DNA from: the human T2T-CHM13v2.0 reference genome, Homo sapiens
Assembly: GCF_009914755.1 (NCBI RefSeq)
Contig: NC_060939.1
Direction: 5' to 3' (one strand)
Length of the DNA: 64,000 bases
The notes under the pieces are model-generated. The model was not told the DNA's origin. It was given only the letters and a program-made list of their open reading frames with translations, and did not search any database. Shown here piece after piece: positions 25,564 to 39,979 of the stretch (positions are counted from its first letter, which is position 1; every line of letters begins with the position of its first letter). A program made the position numbers and the translations under genes.

Positions 25564-26416
25564 GTTAACATCCGAATTGCCTCTTGAAAGTTGAGTTGGA
25601 TTTTGTTAGAAAAATAAGAAGGGAAGTGTTTCCAGAAAGATGAAAAAGCAAATGGAAGCCTGGATGTGCAAAAATATTATAGGGTCTCATGTGCTCTAAA
25701 ATCACATAGAAAATTAAAGTATTCTTCATTATGTTAGTCAGTTAGATGAAGAAGTACCTTGATGTACACCGACCTATTTTTAGGGAACTGGAATTGTAGG
25801 AGTCCAATGTTATGGCAAAGACTCTTCCCATCACTTATCCCGATTTCAATGAAAAGATATGGCATCAATTGAAGAATGGACTTGAGCTAAACCCGGGTTG
25901 AATTCCATAACTGTGCAGGTGCTATATAAAATGCAACTGATCACCTTTCAAGGTCACGGTGCCACCTCCGCTAATCATTTAAAAATACAATGAATGTCCG
26001 TCAGGAATTGCTCGGTCTTGCTTGGAGTGGAGGAGAGACTAGGCGGCCTCCTGAGATTCTTACCAATTATATGCTCCCAAACTAAGAGACAACACGGAAA
26101 TTCATGAAGATTTAGAAAAGCTCATGCTTTCCCAATATTTTCATAAAACAACCTTTACCAATTTTCTTTCTGTCCCCTTTAATGTATCTCTGTTGCCTCT
26201 GGAACACATAAAAATATCCCTCTGCTTTACATATCATTGAGAGCCTCTTTCAGTCTAGTTGCAACCCCATTCCGTTCCCAAGAATTTGCTCCAATCAAGC
26301 TAATTTCACATTTACCTTCCCTTTTCTGTCTCTGCCTTCATTACCAATCTCCCCAGTCCAGATGAATTTCCCTTTCCTTCTCTTCTTAAACCTCTTTCAG
26401 ACCCTACTCAAGTTCC

Positions 26417-26440
26417 GTGTGTGTGTGTGTGTGTTTGTGT
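26417..26440. repeat. (TG)n microsatellite
   Basis: gtgtgtgtgtgtgtgtgtttgtgt. Confidence 0.85.
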
Positions 26441-28785
26441 ATTACACCAGTTAAACAAATATAGTATTTCTGATCCACTTTTAGTAACATATTGCACTGT
26501 GTCAAGTAATACTTCGTTTGCACGCAGCCAGTTCTCCCCAGGATGTGTATTACTACACACAGGTTATTTTTCATTTCTTATTGATTTGCTTTCCCTCAGT
26601 CATGGAATATAACCAAGATTGGATAATTCACCACTTAGGGAGTGTGGCAATATTTTGAATTTTTAGTATTTGTTTGTTCACTTAGTACTTTTAAATCCTG
26701 AATTATTTACATGCCAAGGGGATTACCCTGCATAAATATTACATACAACACTGACAATAGGGTCTGAGCTTTTCTCATAATCATTCCTTTTGGCAGGAGG
26801 TGGGATAAAGCTTATACCTTAAAGAGCCACTGTGGTTTTTAAAAGGTCACATTTGGCCAGCCATAATTTATTCTGTGTGTCTTTCAGGAACTGACAGGGA
26901 GTGATTCAGTTGACAGAACTCGATTATTTTTTCTCATAAAAGATTTCACAGATCTTCATAAAGAGGTATAATTTCCAAACTGCACAGACCTGGATGAAGA
27001 GAAAAATCAATATGATGGATTGAAAAATGAAAAAGTAACAAATGTGAGACGCTAAACCACCTCAGAGGATAATCACCAGACAAAAGTAAATATACACCTG
27101 ATTTTCAGTGGAAATATCTTAATGGTTTGAAAAATGTTTGCTTTTCCCTGTCCTCATATCTGTGAACTAATAACTTTAAGAAGTAGAAATATAATTGATA
27201 AGGTACTTACGGATTATGCAAGATTGAAAAACCTTATTTTTTTCATACATTTGATCTAACACAATTATTTTAAGAACGAAAATAAACACACTGGATAAGT
27301 AAAAGAAGCTTTTTTTCTTGTGATAAAAATAGCAAAAAATAACAAACAACTTTTCCCTGAAATATGAAAATAATTTGACAACATTTTTTGTAGTTAATTT
27401 TTTGTTACATTATCTAAGATGTGATCTAGGATCTCCAAGGCGTATAAAGAAGACTATTGACTTGTTGGAAAGCACAGGAGCTTTTGTAAACCTTTTTTAG
27501 AGGTTTAGAATAATCCATGTATTGAGCATTTTCTGGTTTTGAAAATGTCGGGATATTTATACCGACTTGACATTTTGTGAAATTTGAGGATTATGATTTC
27601 AGAAAATCATATATTATTTCTTTTTATGTTCCCAAGTAACTCAGATTGCCGTTTAAAATGGAAATAAAGTATAAATATGAAAAATGTTCATATTCTAATT
27701 ATACAAATGGCCAAAATTTTATGACCTGAATATACCTTTGTAACCAGCACCCATTCAGGGAACGAATGAAGTGACGTGGGAAATAACATAATCAATATAA
27801 TAGCTTCAATGTATTCAAATGTTTGAATCCTAAAACATCAGTGTGACTCAGGGGTCTTCCACTTCAAGGCACTCAACAGGAGGTGAACAGCAAATGGACA
27901 ATAAATGTATTTAATGTGGTGAATTGGTATATTTAAGGATTTAAAACACATTTTTCTTTAAGACACCATACTGCAAATTTAAAATGCTTAGTTTTTCATG
28001 CATTATTATTCAAAGCAATTGTGGAATTGTTTTCAACACAGTGTCTCTAAATAATAGTGTCTCTACATTGGTAATTAAACTCATCGCTGATTTTCATTTA
28101 TGAATACTAAAGAACTTAACATTATCAGGTTTTGCAGGTGAAGGATCAGAACTGATTCTTAGTGTTGAGTATGGCTTTGGCTGTGTTTCTGGATTCTGCA
28201 AGTTCCATATTAAACCCATGAAGGTCCTTAACCTCCTCCTGCTAACTCTAAAACCCCTGAGGGGTCCAGAACCTCTATTTGTTAATCAGTCCCATTTGTT
28301 TCTCAGGTAAATTAGTTTCTACCTAATCTGGGAGACAAAGGTTGTTTATTTAAGGCTGTCCTCTCTGCTCCTGTTTTCCTTCAACTGGGAGGATATGGCT
28401 ATTACTCTCCTTCCTAGGACCTGTCTCTCCTTCACAGTCAGACCATGAACTCTTGTCAGGAAGAAGTCAAACTCCTTCTGCACTAGTTGCTTCCAGCTTG
28501 ACCTCCACAGTGCACACAGTCTCCCTCTGATCTCTCTCTAGTAAGTGACCATTTCTTCACTCCTGGTTTTCCAATTGTTTTGACACTGACATTCAATTAG
28601 GAGGACTAAATACACAGTGGTGATGATGGTGGTGATTATATCATTTTATGACCAACACCTTCTTCAGTGTTTGCTTCAGCCAATAAAACTTAAGAGACAG
28701 GAACTTACAGTTTCTCAAGGCCAACAACAAGCCCCAGTTCCTCCAAGAAATCTATCTCATCTCTGAACCAATATCAGAAATATGA

Positions 28786-29401
<616 letters not shown>

Positions 29402-29429
29402 TGAATATGAGGGTTTTTTTTTTAATGAC

Positions 29430-30345
29430 TACCGTTTTTGGCAAAAGTGATACTCATAAAATTTAAATAATCAAAAGTAATCATCATTAGCCTTTGATGA
29501 AAATTCTTCCAAACATTTCTCTTAGCCCATATACACATGTGCATTACATAAGTGGGATTACACTATGCTTCTCTGAATTTATGTAATTTATCTTTTTCAC
29601 AATATTTAATGGACCACTTTCCAGGTAAACAACTATGGCTGAATTTCATTGTCTGTAGGTACTTCATAGTGTACACACATCATTTTGACTAAGTACTCTA
29701 TGGAAGAGCATCTTTTTACTTTTATGAATAATGTTGTAATGAATAACTTGTACATAATCTTTTCCAGTGTGTCTGATTATCTCTTGTTTGAAATCTTCAA
29801 GGTGGGTTAGCGAGGTCAAGGGATATATACACATAATAGTTGATACATGTGATCAAACTGTCCTCTAGAAAGATCATCCTGTTCATATGATTTACACCTC
29901 AAGTGAAAGCACACATTTCTGCACACACTCATTAAACACTGGGTTTTTAAATAAAGTTTTAAATTTTGTCTTATTAAATAATACTGCACTATTTGATTAT
30001 CTGTGAAATTGAACACTAGTGCACACATACTTGCCATTTGTATTTCTTCATTCATGAATTGTCTGTTCATGATCTTTACCCATCTTCCTCTTGAATCTCT
30101 TCTACCTTCTTTCTTTTCTCCTTCCTTATAAACCTCTTCATTGAAGCCTTTTATTGTTATTTATTACACATATAGTTGAAATTCTGTTGCTTGTTTTATT
30201 GTCCTCCCCTGCCCCGCAGCTCCATGGAGAAGTTTGCTTTGTTTATTTTAAATTGATGTAGCTGAAATATGTCAGCTCTTTTATTTTGTGCTTTCTGATA
30301 TTTATAACATACTTAGAAAGGTCTTTGTCATCTGCATTAAAAAAC
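29430..30345 (-). mobile_element. Degraded L1ME-like 3' region
   Basis: aatgttgtaatgaataacttgtacat, gccatttgtatttcttcattcatgaattgtctgttcat. Confidence 0.6.
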
Positions 30346-30352
30346 TTGCATT

Positions 30353-30591
30353 GTTTGCTTTTGGCACTCATGAAAAGCTTCCTTAGTTTGCTACACTGTC
30401 CATGTATTTTACCCATATCCTCAAGTAGATCATTGGTCAAGGAGTAGGTATTATCTCATTTGTTTCCTATGGAAGGTCATTACATCCTAGCTTCGGACCT
30501 TGAGAATTGGATGGATTCAATAATTATGATTCATTGGCTACTCATTTTAAAAACATATTCACAACCAGCATTCATTTTTGTGAGTGTGGCA
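30353..30591 (+). repeat. Dispersed direct repeat, copy 1 (~238 bp)
   Basis: About 6 substitutions plus a 2-nt indel versus 31763-31999. Confidence 0.95.
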
Positions 30592-30938
30592 ATATGGGCA
30601 TTTTATCTTTCTTTGGTTGAGCTTTAAATTCTTACAATCTCCTGGTAGAACAACTGGTAATAAACACCAAAACCTTCAAGATATAATTTTACTTCTCAAA
30701 ATTAATTCTATAGGGTATCAGAGATTCTCAGAAAAATGAATATATGAAGATTTTCCTCATGAATTTATAGTAGCAAAAATCAAGAAATATCCCAGAGGAT
30801 ATAGGTCATTGTATAATATATGACAGATTTATAAATTATAATTTTGTAAAATAATTAAATTAATGTGTTTGAAGAAAATTTAATTATGTGAAAATGCTTA
30901 TAATACGATGCCATGTTAAAATTTTAAAAATAGGCAGA

Positions 30939-31191
30939 GGCCAGGTGTTGTGGCTCATGCCTATGATCCCAACACTTTGGGAGGCCAAGGCAGTAGGATT
31001 GTTTGAGCTCAGGAGTTTGAAAGCAGCCTAGGCAACATAGCAAGATCCTATTTCTATAAAAATTATATTTTTTAAATTAGCCAAGCATGGTGGTGCATGC
31101 CTGTAGTCCCAGGTACTCAGGAGGCTGGGGAGGGAGGATCACTTGAGCCCAGGAGGTCAAGGCTGCAGACTCTGTCTCAAAAACAAAAAAA
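30939..31191 (+). mobile_element. AluJ with an internal right-arm deletion
   Basis: ggccaggtgttgtggctcatgcc...gagcccaggaggtcaaggctgcag joined directly to actctgtctc. Confidence 0.9.
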
Positions 31192-31762
31192 GCCCCTACA
31201 AAACAAATAGAAAATTATTTCATCATAAAAGTACTATGTTCCCATAGTAAAAAACAAAACAAAAAAAAATTGCAAACATATGGAAGAGAATCACATGTGA
31301 CATAAAAGTTTTCTTCTAGCTCTTTTCTTTCCAATTCACTCACCAGAAATAGCCACTGTTCCGTTTCTGCAATATATTTGGTGAATATCTCTATATTTTA
31401 AATAATGCAGGTCCACTGGTACATTTTGGTTTGTTGTGAAATCTTAGGGAGCTGGAGTATTTTCACCATCTCTCAGTTCTTCTATATCTCTCAATTTCTG
31501 GAGATCAGAAATTTCATCAGAATGTGTCTAGAAGTGTGTCTCTGTTATTTTATTTCAGCTAGCTCTCCCTGGAGTGGGGGTAATGGTGACTCTTGCAAAT
31601 CTAAAGACTGGAATATGTCTTCCGGTATAAAATAGCTCTGAGCTATTTTTATTCTATCGTTATTTCATTGTCTATCTTTTGTTCTGGAACTCCTATAACA
31701 CAGTGAGGGGAGCAGATGGGTAGAACCTTTATTTCATATTTTCACAAATGCTAGTTTCTTTC

Positions 31763-31999
31763 GTTTGCTTTTGGCACTCAGGAAAAGCTTCCTTAGTTTG
31801 CTACACTGTCCACGTATTTTACCCATATCCTCAAGTAGATCATTGGTCAAGGAGTAGGTATTATCTCATTTGTTTCCTATGGAAAGTCATTACATCCTAG
31901 CTTCGGACCTTGAGAATTGAATGAATTCAATAATTATGATTCATTGGCTACTCATTTTAAAAACATTTACAACCAGCATTCATTGTTGTGAGTGTGGCA
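31763..31999 (+). repeat. Dispersed direct repeat, copy 2
   Basis: gtttgcttttggcactca...tgtgagtgtggca, near-identical to 30353-30591. Confidence 0.95.
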
Positions 32000-32479
32000 C
32001 ACTCTTTCGTTTTGCTCCTGGTAATAGAAAATTTATTTATGTATTATTATCTTCCAGATCCCCAAGGTAATCTTAATGAAGTCTGTTTTTTTAATACAAC
32101 CTGTTCAGTGAATTTTGAGGGGAACATATTTTACATTTTCAAGATTTCTTGTTATTCTTTGACTTCAGCCACATCTTCTTGTTCTATTGATGAAGGGCCT
32201 GAGCTGAGATGATGGCCTTAGGGTAGAAGAGGAGTGAGAGTGGAGTGAAGAGCATAAAGAGAAAGACCCAGTAAGAGCTGGATCTGGGATGTAAGAGAGA
32301 GAAAGCTTCTGGCTTAAGTTCAGCTAGAGCTCTGGTTTTCCACATGCATGAAGGGCTTGGGCTCACTAGTCTTGGGTTCCCCAGTGTGGGACTCAGGACC
32401 TGCTGCTCTGAGCAATGCAATAAAAGGCAACATTTGGTGACCATGTCAGAAAAACGCAGGTAATGGTGAAGCACAGAGA

Positions 32480-33225
32480 AGGGGCACCAACTTCATGCAA
32501 GTGGTGGTGTTTTAACTGGGTAGGCATCTTACTGAGCTAAGGAAATGACATTTTAGGTTGAGGGTGCAAACACTTAGAGATGGAAAAACAAGAAAAATGT
32601 TTAAAAATAATGACAGTGCTGATGGAAGATGCTCTTACTGACCTAACACACTGCCATGTGCCTAGGAAATGGGGATAAGTAGATACCTGTTTCTCATTGT
32701 GGCCTCATGTGTTCTTGGTAGGTATTTTTTTCCATCATGTATTTATTATTTATTTATGACAAAGCCAAATATTAGAAAGCAAACATTGCAATAAATAAGA
32801 AATCTGGGATACAAACCTAAACCTTCCTAATGCCAAAGTCTCTTGCTCTTGAGTGCTACATAATGCTTGCTGAAGTAATCTGGCTCTGATGGAGCAAGCA
32901 CAGGATGTCTGGAAAGGGTCTCATTGAGAATCTGTGTTGGGGGCAGAGTAACAAAGGGCTTTGTCAGCCAGGCTCAGTAGTGGAAGTTTTATTTGGTAGG
33001 CAATGGGCATGCATTAAAAGTTCCTGAGCAGGGAACTGTCATGAATGTAGATTACCTGCCTATGATATTATAGTGGATTGGTTTTGGTGTAATGGAAAGC
33101 AAAGAGGCCAGTTAGGGTTCATTGTAGAGTTGATGGAGAGATCCAGAGGCTTGAGATCACAATAATGATCACAGGAATGGGGAGAGGAAAATTGGGTACA
33201 AGAGGTCAGTAAAGGAAGTAGAAGG
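32480..33225 (-). mobile_element. L2 remnant with an embedded MIR (~32610-32860)
   Basis: L2-like ggtaggcaatggg...ttaaaagttcctgagcaggg; MIR-like gaaatctgggatacaaacc...ccaaagtc. Confidence 0.55.
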
Positions 33226-35163
33226 CCTCACTCTGGGGTGTCATAAAGCAGTAAAAGCAGCCTAGTGGCCTGGGGAAATGCTTCAGGGTTCTTGAAAATT
33301 CCAATACCCACATTGACATGTGTGCAGAAAGGTCCCTGGCCTGAGCTCTATTGTGTTGACTGTCTACCAGGGTCTAAATGTCCACCTTGCCTGGCTCAGT
33401 AGACGTATTTAATGTCCAGTTTTCTCTAACATTCACGTGTAATGATTCTTTAGCAAGTGAAACAAATTTAAAACCCCAAACATTAAAACAGCATTTTACC
33501 TCCTTTATTCACTGTACCATAAATTAGTAACTGTTTCTTTCTGTGATGGGTGGTTTTACTCTAATTGCATAGTGTCTGTGCTGCTGTGGTGCTTTAGGTG
33601 ACCAGTGCTAGGGGAACTGCTTGGTATGCTCCAGTGCAGGAGAAGATGATGTGATCTTGAGTAGTTGATTTGCCTCTCTGTGTAGGTTACTCAAAAGAAG
33701 TTGGATGTGGTTTCCTATAAATAGCTTTTGACACAATAAATGTCATCAAACTCGATGATATCAACTGAATTCTAGGAATCCTAAAGGCTGGCCATTCTTT
33801 TTCTCCACTTGCATTCCAGCTGGCTAGGAGGCCTTTCTCCTGCATAAGTTCTGGCATGATGATTGTAAATGAGAGGAGACATGGCTATCTTTCTAATATA
33901 TCTCATTGGGGAGGTCATAACAGAAGAGCAGGCTTAGACATCTTATAAAATAGAGGGAGATGCACAGATCTGAGGCTGCTTTCTTACTACCAAGGACAAA
34001 GGCTGCCACTTCTGCTGGACTGCAGGCCACCTATGGGCAAGAAGAGGAACCAATCGACCCAACACCAATTCTGATTACACTTACAAATCCGAAATCTGCA
34101 ATTTTCTCTCCTCCACTCTGCTTGGGTCAAGCTTTCCACAGCCCATGCCTCTGAGACTTTGTTCCTCACAGGTACATTCTATACACATTGATACACTGGA
34201 GACCCCAGTGGGTTCTTGTAGCAGGAGCATAAGATGCATCTCACAACTCAGCTTTCATTGGCATTTTCGTATCAGCATTTTTTCTCATCTTCCTGAATGG
34301 AAGTTGCGAATCTGAACAAGTGGTTTACAGGCAATGTGAAGGAAGAGCCTTCAAAAGCTTTCAAAAAGTGACCCGTTTAAGCAGTGGGACAGTTTCTTGG
34401 ATGTTGAGGACTCTGCAGTGGATTAGGCTCTTGGAAAATTGATAATGCTTGCAACAATGCAGAGATCTCTTACCACAATAAACAAAGCAATTAATGTGTC
34501 TTTAATTTGCACCTAACCAAACAGAAAGGGTGCATTTATTCCATGTGACATGTAGACGAATTTTTCTTTAAAAACAAAGTTTCATGCTGTGACTACAATT
34601 AGTATAATTGTCAGCTCTTCTCTAAAAACAAATATGTATTAAGAGAAACGCCAGCATTGTGCCCTCCTCTGGTGTGAAAATGAGACAATCAAAATCTATT
34701 GTAATTACCTCAGTGATATTATAATTAGCAACGATTAAGTTATTCCATGCTGCTTTTTTCCTCTTGGCTACAATTTAAAAAGTATATATCTTTCTGCTGC
34801 ATATTACTGCTGATCATTTTACCTCAATACATGTCTGGTAAGTGGATAAATTAGAAGTAATTTTAAAGCACAACTCCGTTAAAACATATATCTTTCTATT
34901 TAACTGCCTTAACCCTCTAGATGCATCTGTGTTCCTTGCTGCTTGGAGAGAGAAACACTTTCCCCCTGGTTTCTTGGTCAGAAACCAAGTCTGTTTTTAA
35001 ATAGACAGTTTTAGGTAATGGGTTTTTTTTTGTTTGTTTTTTAATTACAGATATCTGAATGATATGATTAATCATTCAGCTCTTGCCAGACATGCCCACC
35101 TAACTAAATTTCTGTGCTGGGCAATAATCAGTTTTTAAAATAAATGACTGAAAAACCATCTAA

Positions 35164-35572
<409 letters not shown>

Positions 35573-35896
35573 CATGCTTTTCTATTATATATTACATATA
35601 TATTTTTTCCTTATAGATACTTTCACATTTGTCTCTACTTACTGTAAATGGGGAAAATAAGTTAGTGAGAAAATGAAGATTTAATTACAACTTGTAGCTC
35701 AACTCAGTTTGTGACATGAGAGGTGGCTGTAGAGAAGCCCTGTTCATCTCAAACATTTAAAGCCAAATAGGCTCATTTGTCTACATGTCTTATCACCAGG
35801 GTTTCTAGTTATCTCTGCTTTTTGTCTAACAGAGGTGAATACAAAACTTGTGTTTTCTTTGAAACACTTATGATCTTGCTTCAGAAGGGACATACT

Positions 35897-36146
35897 GGCC
35901 GGGTACGGTGACTCATGCCTGTAATCCTAGCACTTTGGGAGGCCAAGGCGGGCGAATCATGAGGTCAAGAGATTGAGACTATCCTGGCCAACCTGGTGAA
36001 ACCCCATCTCTACTAAAAATACAAAAATTAGCTAGGCATGGTGGTGTGCGCCTGTAGTCCCAGTTACTTTCGAGGCTGAGGCAGGAGAATCGCTGAACCT
36101 GGGAGGCGGAGGTTGGAAAAGAAAAAAAAAGAAGAAGAAAAGAAGA
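35897..36146 (+). mobile_element. AluSc-like, right arm truncated after gaggttg, then A-rich tail
   Basis: ggccgggtacggtgactcatgcc...gaggtcaagagattgagac; degenerate TSD agaagggacatact / agaagaactatact. Confidence 0.9.
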
Positions 36147-36497
36147 ACTATACTTCATCTTTAAATGGAAATGTCAGAAACACATTTTTCCTCCTCTTTT
36201 TCTGTCTAACTACCTTTGAGCAGTTCCTCATATTTTGGCGGGGGCGGGTATTTTTCCCAATGTATGTATAGAAGATTTGGTATGACAGCAACAGCAGCAG
36301 CATCTACAATGAACTTTTTGGAAATCTAGGGGATGACCCCTGGGTATTAATGAGGGTCAGCTTAGGAAACCCGGGCAGCAAAACTTCCCCACGTCACAGT
36401 GAGCAACCAGGTAGTTTCAATCATGGATTGAGAATTTTTCTAAGCGTTTATCATTCCCCAAGGCAGAGGGTGGTAAAAAGAGCAGAAACAGGATTCA

Positions 36498-36803
36498 TTT
36501 TTTTTCTCTCTCTCTCTTTTTTTTGAGACGGAGTCTCACTGTCACCCAGGCTGGAGTGCAATGGCGCAGGTCTTGGCTCACCGCAACCTCTGCCTCCCAG
36601 GTTCAAGTGATTCTCCTGCCTCAGCCTCCCGAGTAGCTGGGATTAAAGGCACCCACAACCACACACGGCTAATTTTTGTATTTTTAGTACAGACAGCGTT
36701 TCACCATGTTGGCCAGGCTGGTCTCAAACTCCTGACCTCGTGATCTGCCTGCCTTGGCCTCCCAAAGTGCTGGGATTACAGACGTGAGCCACTGCATCTG
36801 GCC
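36498..36803 (-). mobile_element. AluS
   Basis: gagacggagtctcactgtcacccagg...gtgagccactgcatctggcc; TSD aggattca on both sides. Confidence 0.93.
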
Positions 36804-37665
36804 AGGATTCACTTTTCCTCTTTCACTGGGAAGACAACCGAAACAGGAGAATACATCGATTTAGTAAAGAATGGAAGCATGAGGAAGTTTCTGGAATTAT
36901 GCTCTTCTCAGATGACAAGGGACTTGTAGAAGGACAGGAAATAGAGGGACAGGAGTGGGCAGTGGGGGAGTTGACTCATACGGCCTTTAAGGGAAATAAT
37001 TCTAAGCCACCCATGATTTAAACAAAGACATGATTTTGAAAAGAAAGGATAATTTTTTAAAAACTGGGGCACTGTGGAAATGCAAAATAATGAGTGCAGC
37101 TGTTGTAAGTTGAACAAATAGTAAAAAATGTATGTGGCTGTTCTAGAGGCGTGCCAGTCCCTGAATCCTTTCCACAGGGTCTGTGCAGTCTCATGGATGG
37201 CACCAAGGTTGCTCTAATATTCTGACTTGCAGTCTGGAAATATTTAACCCTTTGTTGAACAAGAAGCTCTACCGTTTTATTTAGCCCTGGGTACTGAAAA
37301 TTATAAAGTCCTTCCTGCCTTCCTATTTCCCTGCTCTTCCTGGAATAGCAGTAGAAAGTTCAATGGTCCACAGCCACACCACCTGTCTTCTGGAGTGGTT
37401 TGAGTCACGTTGTTCAGAACTATGCTCTGTTTATCAACAGCTGTTTATCAATAGCTCTAGGGGCTATGGACATTCTGGGTTTCCATACTTCAGATACATA
37501 AGAAGGAAATATTTGTAGAGTTTGGGTGGGGGTGGGAGGACTGTAAGTGAACAATTTTATGTATTCCAAACACTTTTTCTCATTATTTTGTCAGAAACAT
37601 TCTGCTTGTGCATGTTAGCTGGTTTTTTAAAATAAGCAAAATAAACAGTCCATGTAGCATTACAC

Positions 37666-37666
<1 letters not shown>

Positions 37667-37715
<49 letters not shown>
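37667..37715. repeat. (CA)n microsatellite, ~24 units
   Basis: Direct reading. Confidence 0.97.
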
Positions 37716-37717
<2 letters not shown>

Positions 37718-38859
37718 GAAAACAGAGGTTTTTCAGACCCAAATGTTGTGAAGGCTTTCCCGTAATGTAATGGCAAGTTTGTTTAACTCTGATGGTGATA
37801 TCAAGTACCATTCCAATTAATATCTGTCCTCACTTGTTCATGACATGTGGGAATTGGGAAGCCCCCGGCGTTCAGGGATGCCCATCAATGCCTCTGTTTA
37901 TGAAGTGGCGCCCTCAGGAGTGAGCTGCTGGGACGCTTGACTGGCTCTGAATACCTTGTCACCCCTACACAGCTCCATTAGTGTGAGTTTAGTTTAATAC
38001 TTCTTATTTATTAGCAAGTTGACAGCTATTTTAGTTCAATGGGTATTACTTTGCTATGAGACATGAGACTAGATCATGGGAAAGAAGACAATTCTGCCTT
38101 TTAGTGTTTGTGAAGTAATGTGAGAGGGAGAAAAGGCGATGATTCAGCCACTTAAAACACACATAATGAGTCCAGCTGGTGAGATGAGGCATGGCTCATT
38201 GGGAGCCGGACATGAAGGTTTATGGAGTGAAAGCATCAGGCGCATATTCATGAAACTTCCAGGAAGTATTCTTCCTCCTTCTATGATTCCTTTACCTGGT
38301 TGCTTTCTTTTCACTCTGAGAGTTCTCCGTGAGTGCCTGCATCCAAGCCTCCATTCACTTCTCAATTCCCTCTCTCTGAAAAAAAAAAAAAATCCATCAT
38401 TAGTTCTCTATACTCTGTTAAGAGTTAAGAACACTAGTGATCACTTCAATACTAAATCAAACAAGACTCTCTCATCTGGGGTCCAGGAGTTTACTGAAAT
38501 AGTACTTGCTCTCTTCATTTTTCTAAAGTTATTCAGTACCGCATGACTGAAGTCTTCTCTCCACGCCAAGTATTATCTTTGCTTGCAAGTGTACATAATG
38601 ATGTATTATAATCAAAGCTATCTGGGTCTCATTTCTCTGTATAGAACCTAGGATGTTTAAATTCAACTATCCCTTTTTTAAATCTTGAATTTCAAATATT
38701 AAAAAAAAAGATCCCCTCTCAACTTTTTTTGAGATGAGACATGGTATATTAAATTAATGCTTGAATTAATTTGAGCACAACTCTCTAGAAGTGGTTGCTT
38801 ACAGTAGGACTATTTGAATGCTCCAGTTTTTAAATAAATAATATATAAATAATGGTAGT

Positions 38860-39085
38860 ACACTGTAGCATCTGACACATGTAAACTTTCAGGCCAGAAT
38901 ATCTGGGTTCTAATCTTGGCTTTGTCATTTATTGTCACACATGGAGATTTCCTCGATGGTTGAGATGAAAATAATTATGATATTCATTTATTAGGATGCT
39001 TTAGAGTCACATAAGTTAATATGCATAAGCATTTGAATACTGCAAGTTACATGGAAATTGTTCAATAAATATTAGCTATTAATAT
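38860..39085 (+). mobile_element. MIR
   Basis: tctgggttctaatcttggctttgtcattt...gttaatatgcataagcattt...ttcaataaatattagctatt. Confidence 0.7.
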
Positions 39086-39979
39086 TGCTTCAAGTTATAA
39101 TATTTTTAGTTTTATTTCATTTTGTTATCCAAACATTGTTTTATCTTGATACATTCACATAACCTTAGCTCATTGCTATCTTTTAAAATACTGATTGTCA
39201 TCAATCCATTAGCTTTGTCCCCAGTTTGTGCTAATCCCAAATTTAATCAGCATTTGACGTAATTTTTTCTTCCCCTAAATTCTTATTTTTGCATGTTCTC
39301 ACCCCATGTCATTTATTAAATATTGTCTTGCACTGTTGTTGTTGTTTGTCTCTTATCTACCTGCAAGTTTTCTACAAGCTTTCAGACTGCAGAGTGCTCA
39401 AGAAATTGTTCTTTGTACCACCCTTGCCACTTGAAGCTTCCTGTATGGGGAAATGTGTTCACTAAATTTTTGTTGAATTAGTGAGTGTAAATTCACTTTG
39501 ATTTTGTCCAAGTTCTTCATACATAATTATTTATTCTAACATACTGTCTATCAGAATCCTTTGATTGGTGCCTAAAGTTACCTAGTTACTTACCATAGTC
39601 TGGAGTAGAGACCAAAGACTAAGGAAGTACATTATGAAAACGTTCACCAACTCAGCCTTTGAACAGATAGAGAATGAATCTTGTAACTCAAAATATCTCC
39701 GTTCGATCATAGTAGGAATTAAATAAATACTTGCTAAATAATAGCGTTAATACCATTAGTGTTTGTTTCACAGAAATATGATGTATAACTGAATACATAT
39801 TTATCTAAATTTGTAAATATCTTAACATTCATGTTCTGCATGCACTACACTAGCTTTATGACAAAGGCACATTTCTTGTTTATGTGATCTTAAAGAATCA
39901 TTCTCATGTTGCTTTCTATCCTCCATCTATTTCAATTCCACTTCCTTCACCATTCTATCAAATTATTCTTTCCAAACTC

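Noticed and set aside
24338-25571. Many YI/CV/HT-repeat ORFs
   Set aside because: Translations of dinucleotide microsatellites and L1 3' sequence.
28620-28770. Possible C/D snoRNA (GTGATGA box) or terminal exon (AATAAA ~28682)
   Set aside because: No properly spaced D box with a terminal stem, and no supporting gene structure.
37427-37456. Short tandem duplications (14-bp ctgtttatcaa(c/t)ag here; similar at ~3157-3212 and ~22794-22823)
   Set aside because: Ordinary slippage-scale duplications with no further structure.
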